The notes beneath the pieces are model-generated. The model ran no database searches. It saw only the letters and a program-made list of their open reading frames with translations, and was not told the origin of the DNA. Positions 9,127 to 15,606 of a stretch of 30,091 nt of DNA are shown one piece after another. Made by a program: the position numbers and the translations under genes. This DNA is from a virus (lineage: Duplodnaviria; Caudoviricetes). Numbering within the stretch: position 1 is the stretch's first letter; each line of letters starts with the position of its first letter. The DNA is taken from positions 1 through 30,091 of IMG/VR virus record IMGVR_UViG_3300012664_000223. The stretch is one strand, 5' to 3'.

Positions 9127-9276
9127 TCATGATCCACAATAAAGGCAGCCCTCATCTTCACCACCCTCACCTGCATTTAATATTCTTTCGCACTCCTTAT
9201 CTACTTGTGCCTCACTCCAGTTAGGATTAAACATCTTTACTTGAGCCTTCAAAAAGTTATAGTTATTATCACTCAT
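9127..9276 (-). CDS. Small acidic protein (49 aa) ending in CxxCGS
   Basis: MSDNNYNFLKAQVKMFNPNWSEAQVDKECERILNAGEGGEDEGCLYCGS; below the ORF-track cutoff; A/T-rich leader. Confidence 0.75.
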   Translation of the reverse strand: MSDNNYNFLKAQVKMFNPNWSEAQVDKECERILNAGEGGEDEGCLYCGS

Positions 9277-9377
9277 TTATAATTAAGATTAGTAATATTA
9301 GTAATAGTTTAGTAAGATTCTACTATTAGTTAGTGTAATTAACTTTACTTATTTGCTGTAGTTAATTAACTATCAAC

Positions 9378-9431
9378 AAAAGAAAAGAAAGAAAAAGAAA
9401 AAAGGTAAAAAGAAAAAGAAAGAAAAGAAAA
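9378..9431. repeat. Perfect homopurine mirror repeat (H-DNA/triplex-type), 25-bp arms and 4-nt loop
   Basis: A4GA4GA3GA5GA5 (9378-9402), AGGT, A5GA5GA3GA4GA4 (9407-9431): exact mirror symmetry. Confidence 0.92.
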
Positions 9432-9561
9432 AGCTCCCCCAAGAAAAACAAACGTTCACGCTCAATAAGAGCAGTTGCTCGTTCCAAGCATTGATGTGAT
9501 GCAAGTGTAGTCATTGGTTACTGAGCTTTGACTTACTCAGGTAATGGATGTTACTCATCTA

Positions 9562-9607
9562 TTAAAACAATAAAACCCCAAAGAACGTATGCGCCCGTTC
9601 AGAGGGG
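9562..9607 (-). terminator. Intrinsic terminator/attenuator hairpin
   Basis: Minus strand CCCC-TCT-GAACG-GGCGCATA-CGTTC-TTT-GGGG followed by TTTTATTGTTTT. Confidence 0.7.
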
Positions 9608-9660
9608 AATTATTAAACCTTAAATCAATCTTATGTCTAACAGTAATCTTGCGCATGAGA

Positions 9661-9668
9661 CAAATATA
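9661..9668 (-). promoter_or_regulatory. Bacteroidota sigma-A -7 element TATATTTG
   Basis: Matches TAnnTTTG in an intergenic region; no clean -33 element at canonical spacing. Confidence 0.6.
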
Positions 9669-9704
9669 AAAATGTAAATTAATTACACGTACTATTGTGC
9701 AAAA

Positions 9705-9896
9705 CTATTTAGGCTGTTTAAAACGTAGCACTGTGATGTATATCCAAAAAGGTAGCCATACAAGGCCTGTAAAAGCTATGCCCACATAAGCATACCAATG
9801 ATAAGAAGATAAGTGCCTCTGATGTCTGTAAATGTTAGTGCTGAGGATTGCAAAGTGCAGTAGGAAGCCTACTAAGTAAATTAGTAATAGTGTCAT
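9705..9896 (-). CDS. Small membrane protein (two hydrophobic segments)
   Basis: 63 aa, two hydrophobic stretches, ATGA overlap with the upstream gene. Confidence 0.7.
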   Translation of the reverse strand: MTLLLIYLVGFLLHFAILSTNIYRHQRHLSSYHWYAYVGIAFTGLVWLPFWIYITVLRFKQPK

Positions 9897-10444
9897 AGTT
9901 TTTTTCTTTTAGCTCTACGTTTTTTTATTGGTGTATTAGTTACCTCTGTAATTGGATTGGGAGTAAGGTCTACCTGTGTTAATTCAATAAGCGCTTCAGC
10001 TTGTTCTACTTTAGCCAAGTCTCCTTCTAATTGCTTCTCTAACTTATTTAGTAACTCATTCATACAGGGAGTGCAAGATGTAAAGCTCTTGCCGTCTCTA
10101 ATGCCAAGATATTCTCTTCTAAGTTTAAACAGCTTAGCCATCTCACCAGGTGCTAATCTTCCGCGCTTTCTGATTTCTCTGATGTGTTCAAGTGTTGGCA
10201 TCTTCCAATCCTTCTCCTCCAAGATGGGCCATAGTTTAGCTGGGCAGTCAGTAGCTGCATAACTTGCCAAGTGATCCACAGGGCAGCCACAAGGCTTAAA
10301 GGTTACCTCTCCAATAGTGTGAGGCTTCTTGAATGGATTAATTGCATTTACAGGAGGCCCACAAGTACCAAACTGCTTGTTATAGACAGGGCACTCTTTG
10401 CATACCTTAACTCTCGCTTCGAAGTCTGTGCTATTTATCATCAT
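9893..10444 (-). CDS. Cys-rich, putative zinc-binding protein
   Basis: R-x3-C-x2-CP, TCG, CGC, CP-x3-W and SC-x2-C motifs; basic C-terminus. Confidence 0.7.
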   Translation of the reverse strand: MMINSTDFEARVKVCKECPVYNKQFGTCGPPVNAINPFKKPHTIGEVTFKPCGCPVDHLASYAATDCPAKLWPILEEKDWKMPTLEHIREIRKRGRLAPGEMAKLFKLRREYLGIRDGKSFTSCTPCMNELLNKLEKQLEGDLAKVEQAEALIELTQVDLTPNPITEVTNTPIKKRRAKRKKL

Positions 10445-10941
10445 ATCTGTAGTGAATTACGTAGTGTTGTTTTCGCTTTCTTAATAGTTCTGTAAAGATA
10501 GTTCAAAGGTATACCAGTCTCTTTAGCTAACTCCTGATAGCTGAAGTCATCCAATGCGTATAAGAAGAATAGCTCACGCTCAAAGTAGGGAAGTCTGCTG
10601 ATGAAGATATCTAACTGCTCATTCTCAAGTCTCATTCCTACACTCTTGTTAACATCATCTATAATATCATCTTTCAAATCATTGCGTATCTTTTCAAATC
10701 TTAACCTGGTATAGTTGAATGAGCTATTGCTACAGCGTGCAGATAAGCGAATGGCATTACTCACGTAGTTATTAAGCTTACCTCTATCATGGATATCTTG
10801 TAACTTATCTTTGTCTGATTCCAATATCTTAAGCAGCGTATCGTGCAGAAGCTCATCGGCTAAATCTTGGCGAGTAACAGTTGCTGCTACTCTGCGCCAT
10901 TCGTTATAGCACTTATTTATTTCTGAGTGATAGGTACTCAT
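10441..10941 (-). CDS. ECF-type (sigma-70 family) RNA polymerase sigma factor
   Basis: Region 2-like ADELLHDTLLKI and region 4 HTH LPYFERELFFLY...SYQELAKETGIPLNYLYRTIKKAK. Confidence 0.85.
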   Translation of the reverse strand: MSTYHSEINKCYNEWRRVAATVTRQDLADELLHDTLLKILESDKDKLQDIHDRGKLNNYVSNAIRLSARCSNSSFNYTRLRFEKIRNDLKDDIIDDVNKSVGMRLENEQLDIFISRLPYFERELFFLYALDDFSYQELAKETGIPLNYLYRTIKKAKTTLRNSLQI

Positions 10942-11266
10942 CTATAACTTGTTTGGCTTCATCAAAGCTCTTGCATGTAACTGCATGATAGCCGTTGTTA
11001 ATAAGCTTTGCTTGCCAATCTTTTTGGCTCTGACTCATTACACCCTTAGCTGTTTTCATCTCTATAGCTAAGCCAAAGAATGGGCCCTTAGCGTTGTAGA
11101 TAAATATGTCAGGGAAGCCTTTAACATACCCTGTTTTCTTCATCTTAACTGCCTGCTTCATGGAAGTTCTAACACCACCAGCAGAGGCACAATAAAGAAG
11201 TCTCGGATACTGAGCGTTAATATAGTTAATAACAGCCTCTTGTATTAAGGCTTCCTCGTTCTTCAT
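10913..11266 (-). CDS. VRR-NUC domain nuclease (putative Holliday junction resolvase)
   Basis: E-x3-Q, GFPDI, IEMK and SQSQKDWQ PD-(D/E)xK motifs. Confidence 0.88.
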   Translation of the reverse strand: MKNEEALIQEAVINYINAQYPRLLYCASAGGVRTSMKQAVKMKKTGYVKGFPDIFIYNAKGPFFGLAIEMKTAKGVMSQSQKDWQAKLINNGYHAVTCKSFDEAKQVIDEYLSLRNK

Positions 11267-11270
11267 GATT

Positions 11271-11302
11271 CAAAATTAGTCTATTAACTTAATCTAAATC
11301 AA
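11271..11302 (-). promoter_or_regulatory. Bacteroidota sigma-A promoter for the VRR-NUC/sigma operon
   Basis: TTG-N21-TAATTTTG; the -7 element ends 4 nt before the ATG at 11266, implying a (near-)leaderless mRNA. Confidence 0.7.
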
Positions 11303-11342
11303 CATCTTGTTAACATACTTATTCACATAGCATTTAGCGCTA

Positions 11343-11350
11343 TATCTTTG
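11343..11350 (+). promoter_or_regulatory. Divergent plus-strand -7 element TATCTTTG
   Basis: Matches TAnnTTTG and lies about 50 nt upstream of a plus-oriented terminator. Confidence 0.6.
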
Positions 11351-11354
11351 GCTC

Positions 11355-11431
11355 ATTAATTTGCTTTTGGTTTAGCACATTGATTATTGATTTTCTATTA
11401 GAGCTTCACAACGGTGAGGCTCTTTTAGTTT
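11355..11431 (+). ncRNA. Putative ~75-nt antisense small RNA
   Basis: Bounded by a promoter element and an intrinsic terminator, with no ORF; its U-rich body is complementary to early-gene start regions; the 5' end is approximate. Confidence 0.6.
11400..11431 (+). terminator. Intrinsic terminator
   Basis: AGAGCTTCAC-AACG-GTGAGGCTCT (10-bp stem, one G-U) followed by TTTAGTTT. Confidence 0.75.
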
Positions 11432-11636
11432 ATACCCTGTAGGGATAGAAAACATAGGGAGTACTCCCTAATTGCCCTTAATTGCCCCTTTAGGGTATAG
11501 TTTTTATAAAAATTCATGCAAGTAATTCGGCTGTGCTTCGAATTGATGTAGATTATTTTACACAAAATGCACATTAAAGTGTGCAATATCCCTCATAAAG
11601 GACATTTTAGTAGAATAAAGTGTGTTTTACAACACA
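11431..11636. repeat. Cluster of about 9 distinct short inverted repeats
   Basis: For example TAGGGAGTACTCCCTA (11455-70), AATTCG-N9-CGAATT (11524-44), TGCACA-N6-TGTGCA (11568-85), TGTGTT-N4-AACACA (11621-36). Confidence 0.75.
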
Positions 11637-11640
11637 TTAC

Positions 11641-12960
11641 TCAAATGAATGCGTATTTAGTATAGTTGCGATTCAGCTCAAAGAATGCTCTCATCATGAT
11701 AGCATCTGCTATATCGGGAGAGATTCCACCGGTGCGCTGGCTTATGGTATCCTTAGATGTAACGCGAAGCTTTCCCTCTTTATCAGGATCTACTCGTCGA
11801 ATCAATTCTAATTCTTTAACTATGTCCTCCTGCCATTTAATAGGCAGCGTTATCTCATTCTTATCTATCAACTCGCCTAACCTAAAGTAGCAGTCTGCTT
11901 TTAAGTTCATGTATTGAGTGCCTCTCACTGCTTTACTACCATTCATAAATTCCCTGCAGCGAAGGCTATCTACAAGACCTCCCCCCACCCCATCAGCATC
12001 TGCAAGCACGTTGCTTAGCCTAACTTGATATTGATTCATTAACCGCTGTATTTCTGCCTTAACTTCATCTTGGCGCTTTTGTCTTAGGACCACAATATCA
12101 ATACAGCTCAATCCCTTCCACACACAAAGCACTGTTCTATCTTTACCAAGCCGAGCTATATCGGCAGTGATATATCCCTCACCTACGTTCATTGGCTCAC
12201 GAAAGCAGCGCATAAGCTCATCATAAAGATAAAGTCTATCTGAGCTGTTATCAAATTCCCAGTCTCCCTCAAGCAAGCGCTTCCTATCTGCTTCGGGTAA
12301 ACGTGTTAAGCTTGTTACATAAGCATCGGGCAAGTGTATATTATCACCTGGTAGCGCTTGAATAAAAGCAAGGTGATTAGGTAAGTTTTGATTTTTATAA
12401 GGCAGATAGAACTGATTATAAATCCATCCCTTAGATGGATTACATGTGAGTAATATTTTAGGCTTAAGCCCAAAGTCATTTAACTTATAACGAATACGTG
12501 AGCAAACTACGCTATAGGCTTTCTCGCTAATCTCGGTAGCCTCGTCTAAAAATACATCTGTGAGCTCGAGGCCGCCTAAATCCTGGTAATGTGGATCTGA
12601 GGGGTAAAATTGCAAGTCGGCTAATATAATCTCTGAGCCGTTACTAAACTTAATTATGTGAGATTGCTGATTGTAAATGAAATCTTCGCCTGCTTTTAAG
12701 CCTACATCATTTGCTACCTGAAAAAATGTATTCATGGTAGTCTTTTTAAGCGTGTCTAACTTAGCTCTGCCAATAAGTGAACGTGTGCCTGGGTATTTTA
12801 AGCGCCTAAGAATCTGCCACATGCAGCCGAGCATAGTCTTTCCGCCACCTGCAGCTCCTCCGTAGAGAATTGTTTCAACGTCTGAATCTACTGATAAGAA
12901 TTTAAGTGCCTCGCTTTGTCTTGTAAGAGGCTTGAAATTGTATTCTATTTGTCCCGCCAT
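11641..12960 (-). CDS. terL: Terminase large subunit
   Basis: Walker A GGAAGGGKT, Walker B VFLDE, coupling motif TCNP, RNase H-like nuclease motifs DIARLGKD, DADGVG and SPDIADA. Confidence 0.95.
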   Translation of the reverse strand: MAGQIEYNFKPLTRQSEALKFLSVDSDVETILYGGAAGGGKTMLGCMWQILRRLKYPGTRSLIGRAKLDTLKKTTMNTFFQVANDVGLKAGEDFIYNQQSHIIKFSNGSEIILADLQFYPSDPHYQDLGGLELTDVFLDEATEISEKAYSVVCSRIRYKLNDFGLKPKILLTCNPSKGWIYNQFYLPYKNQNLPNHLAFIQALPGDNIHLPDAYVTSLTRLPEADRKRLLEGDWEFDNSSDRLYLYDELMRCFREPMNVGEGYITADIARLGKDRTVLCVWKGLSCIDIVVLRQKRQDEVKAEIQRLMNQYQVRLSNVLADADGVGGGLVDSLRCREFMNGSKAVRGTQYMNLKADCYFRLGELIDKNEITLPIKWQEDIVKELELIRRVDPDKEGKLRVTSKDTISQRTGGISPDIADAIMMRAFFELNRNYTKYAFI

Positions 12961-13823
12961 TGTACAAAAGTAGGTATTACTAATGTAGTGTCAACGGGTT
13001 TAGTTATTCTTTCTAAATCTAACTGTAACAAATATGCGCCCAAAGGTTTAGGAGGCCTCATGCGCTCAACATGAAAGCCCATGTAGCCCTCATCATATTC
13101 TTCTTTATAACTTGCAGTTCTAATGTGATGAACATATCTCATATTAATTCTATAACCTCCATTAGCAGCATAGCATAACTCCTCTACCATATCTGAGTGA
13201 TGGTAAAGTTCATGCACGTGCCCTGCCCAAATGCAATCAGCTCCATCTATCATAACACCCATTCGGTTATTTTGGATAACGCCCTTTGTAACTACTCCTC
13301 CTCCACCTGATCCATGATAGTATTTTGTTTTAAATACTGATGCAGAATTTTTATTCTTCATCACTCTATGAATCCACCATCCGCCATAGCCACCTACTAA
13401 TACATTGCTGCCAGCTTCTCGGTTAAGGCCACTAACAAAGCGCTCTATTAAGTCAGTTTCACAGTTCTTTATTATAGCAGTCTCATGATTACCATAACCT
13501 ACAAATACCATTAAATGAGCATAAGGTTTAAACCAATCTATAGCAGTATTAACAAGAGCATCTAAGTAGTTAGCTACGTTGTGCTCCGGTAAGATGTCCT
13601 GCTTACTGCGCCTTGGATCATACTTGCCCTGCATAGCGCAGAATAAATCTCCATTTACAGCAAAGTAGATGTTTTCTTCTAAGCATTTATCTAAGTGAGC
13701 TTTGAGCAGCTTTCTATCACAGTGAGGATTGTCCCAGTGCAAATCTGACATCATTAAGAATTTATCTCCACTTTTGCAAGTAGTAATAATGACGTTTCTA
13801 CCCTCTCGATATGATGTAATCAT
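12945..13823 (-). CDS. Calcineurin-like metallophosphoesterase
   Basis: All five motifs present: SDLH, GDL, GNHE, HG, GHVH. Confidence 0.9.
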   Translation of the reverse strand: MITSYREGRNVIITTCKSGDKFLMMSDLHWDNPHCDRKLLKAHLDKCLEENIYFAVNGDLFCAMQGKYDPRRSKQDILPEHNVANYLDALVNTAIDWFKPYAHLMVFVGYGNHETAIIKNCETDLIERFVSGLNREAGSNVLVGGYGGWWIHRVMKNKNSASVFKTKYYHGSGGGGVVTKGVIQNNRMGVMIDGADCIWAGHVHELYHHSDMVEELCYAANGGYRINMRYVHHIRTASYKEEYDEGYMGFHVERMRPPKPLGAYLLQLDLERITKPVDTTLVIPTFVQWRDK

Positions 13824-14148
13824 TTGTGATTATGTTAGATTTTAACTCCTGAAAATGCTTTTTAAATTCGTTGTAAGGTACATCTATTACTATTGCATTA
13901 TCTATGCCTTGCATTAGTGCTAATGTGCGCTCTCCTACGTAGTATGTACCGTCTTTTCTAAACTCTACTTCTGCCTGTATACCTACGCACTTTCTCGCGT
14001 CAAACATAAAAGGAATATCCTCTGCATAAGTAGACTCTAAGCCTATATCTTCAGAGTAATTCCACTGTATAATAGTGCAGCTGCACAGCTCAGGTAACAG
14101 CTTCGCATTTAAATCTATCTGCTCCTTCTTCTTTCTAAATAGATTCAT
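13798..14148 (-). CDS. Hypothetical protein
   Basis: 116-aa ORF tiling with the downstream gene. Confidence 0.7.
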   Translation of the reverse strand: MNLFRKKKEQIDLNAKLLPELCSCTIIQWNYSEDIGLESTYAEDIPFMFDARKCVGIQAEVEFRKDGTYYVGERTLALMQGIDNAIVIDVPYNEFKKHFQELKSNIITNDYIISRG

Positions 14149-14160
14149 AAGTAAAGGTTA

Positions 14161-14191
14161 ATAAAAAAGCCGAGCAAACGGCTCAGCTTTT
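14161..14191 (-). terminator. Intrinsic terminator ending the early operon (potentially bidirectional)
   Basis: AAAA-GCTGAGC-CGTTT-GCTCGGC-TTTTTTAT on the minus strand. Confidence 0.8.
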
Positions 14192-14217
14192 AAAGTTAGT
14201 TACTAACACCTATTTGT

Positions 14218-14225
14218 TAGTGGAA
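14218..14225 (-). promoter_or_regulatory. TTCCACTA motif copy
   Basis: Intergenic copy of the recurrent 8-mer. Confidence 0.4.
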
Positions 14226-14232
14226 GAAATTG

Positions 14233-14400
14233 CTATTCTATTCTTATCATAGCCCATGACATGGGAATTAAAGCTACAGTTTTTTCATCTACTGTGCAGT
14301 TATGGTAGAACTCACCTCTCTGCTCATAACCTTCAACCTTTTCGCATAAAAGCCTATGCACTGCTCCTGTAATTGGATGAATGAATTTTACTTTTTTCAT
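14233..14400 (-). CDS. Hypothetical protein (55 aa; likely start MKKVKF)
   Basis: ATG at 14400 follows the upstream stop (14402-14404). Confidence 0.65.
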   Translation of the reverse strand: MKKVKFIHPITGAVHRLLCEKVEGYEQRGEFYHNCTVDEKTVALIPMSWAMIRIE

Positions 14401-14401
14401 A

Positions 14402-14758
14402 TCAAAATAGTAATAGTTGCTTTTCAGTTTTGACTTCTTTACTTGGTATTGGTATCTCACCCATTGCCATAAGAATGCCATCAAACCTACCATTGTAGTT
14501 AGCTGCTATTAAAGCTTGCTTCATCTCTGATTTAACCAATGCTGCAGCCTCTTCTTTTGATGCGCTTACATCTTCCTCTTCCCAAGATAAAGGCTTACTA
14601 ATAGTTGTGCTTATACCTTGTATGTGATATGTGCGAGCATAGCCATTTTTATTCTTAGCTATTTCATACTTAGCCAAAACTCCATCAGCTTTATACCACA
14701 TTGTATCTCCATTAGTACAGTTACCATCTTCATCATAGATATACTTACTCATCTTCAC
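14402..14758 (-). CDS. Hypothetical protein
   Basis: 118-aa ORF in the tiled early operon. Confidence 0.7.
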   Translation of the reverse strand: MKMSKYIYDEDGNCTNGDTMWYKADGVLAKYEIAKNKNGYARTYHIQGISTTISKPLSWEEEDVSASKEEAAALVKSEMKQALIAANYNGRFDGILMAMGEIPIPSKEVKTEKQLLLF

Positions 14759-14996
14759 CTCCTAAAGTTAGCTGCTTAGCAGTCTCATAGCTGCCTCGGT
14801 TATCCAATGGAATAAATCCACTACCATTACCGTGTACTACCTTCATGAAATCGACTTCTACTTTAGCGCTGTTCACAATTACTTGCGCTACATCTGCTAT
14901 AGTCTTTGCTTTATCCATCTCAATATCGCCATCTTTAAGCGCTTCTATTACTTCAAAGAGGTGATTTCTTAAATCTTCAATTTTGTTCCTGGCCAT
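14745..14996 (-). CDS. Conserved small helical phage protein (HNH partner)
   Basis: N-x3-DL-x-NHLF motif, recalled as a family usually adjacent to HNH_3-type genes. Confidence 0.7.
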   Translation of the reverse strand: MARNKIEDLRNHLFEVIEALKDGDIEMDKAKTIADVAQVIVNSAKVEVDFMKVVHGNGSGFIPLDNRGSYETAKQLTLGGEDE

Positions 14997-15606
14997 TGTT
15001 TATTTGTTTTTTAAGTTTTTTAAGTGTTTTCATTGCAAATCTTAGATCTGCAGGATATCTAACTATGCTATTTCTTCTCATCACATCAGCATAAGAAAGG
15101 CATTCAAGATTACTTAGCTCATAATTTAGCTGATTGTTATCCTTAAATACTACTTTGTGCTTTGCTGGAACAGGACCATTAGCCTCTTCCCATACTAAGA
15201 TATGAACTCCTCGCCAAGTTTTAGGCTCTGCTACTTTGCGCTCTAAGTATCCATCTTTAGTAATACGTTCACTTCCTACAGGCTTAAAGTTGTGAGGTTT
15301 ATTACCTTTCTTAAACATTGTTGGAGCACATTTGTTATAGGTAGTAACTGCTACTTTCTTTCCTTTGTTAGCAGGCACATGGCCCTTAGCGTAACGGTGT
15401 ATCTTAGAATTTTCTCTTAGCTTAATTGAAGTCTTAGCCATTACCTTCTCATGATGCAGCTTGCTCTTTTTAATGTCAAGAAAATAAGCCTTACCATAGA
15501 CTCCGCTAACAGTTCTATTCAAAGCCTTAGCTACATCCTCAGTAAAGTTATCAGCGTAGTGATTAACCAGGTACTGCATTTCTTCTATGGTCCAATCTTT
15601 AGCCAT
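14977..15606 (-). CDS. HNH_3-like protein with N-terminal helical and NUMOD3-like repeats
   Basis: YAKGHVPANKG and FKKGNKPHN repeats, PVGSERI-x2-DGY, H-x2-VWE-x3-G-x-VP, D-x-N-x2-N-x4-NL. Confidence 0.8.
   Translation of the reverse strand: MAKDWTIEEMQYLVNHYADNFTEDVAKALNRTVSGVYGKAYFLDIKKSKLHHEKVMAKTSIKLRENSKIHRYAKGHVPANKGKKVAVTTYNKCAPTMFKKGNKPHNFKPVGSERITKDGYLERKVAEPKTWRGVHILVWEEANGPVPAKHKVVFKDNNQLNYELSNLECLSYADVMRRNSIVRYPADLRFAMKTLKKLKKQINNGQEQN

Noticed and set aside
9130-9138. TGATCCACA as a DnaA box (also at 10272)
   Set aside because: One-mismatch 9-mers inside coding sequence are expected by chance
9375-9455. Lys/Arg/Glu-rich plus-strand peptide from the purine tract
   Set aside because: No convincing start or leader; exact mirror symmetry is better explained at the DNA level
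11296-11356. 20-codon minus-strand ORF (MSQRYSAK...) behind an A-rich leader
   Set aside because: It runs through the divergent promoter elements and has no supporting features; it remains an alternative explanation for the sRNA/leader similarity
11431-11636. CRISPR or mini-CRISPR array
   Set aside because: No identical repeats with regular spacers; the dyads differ from each other; no cas genes
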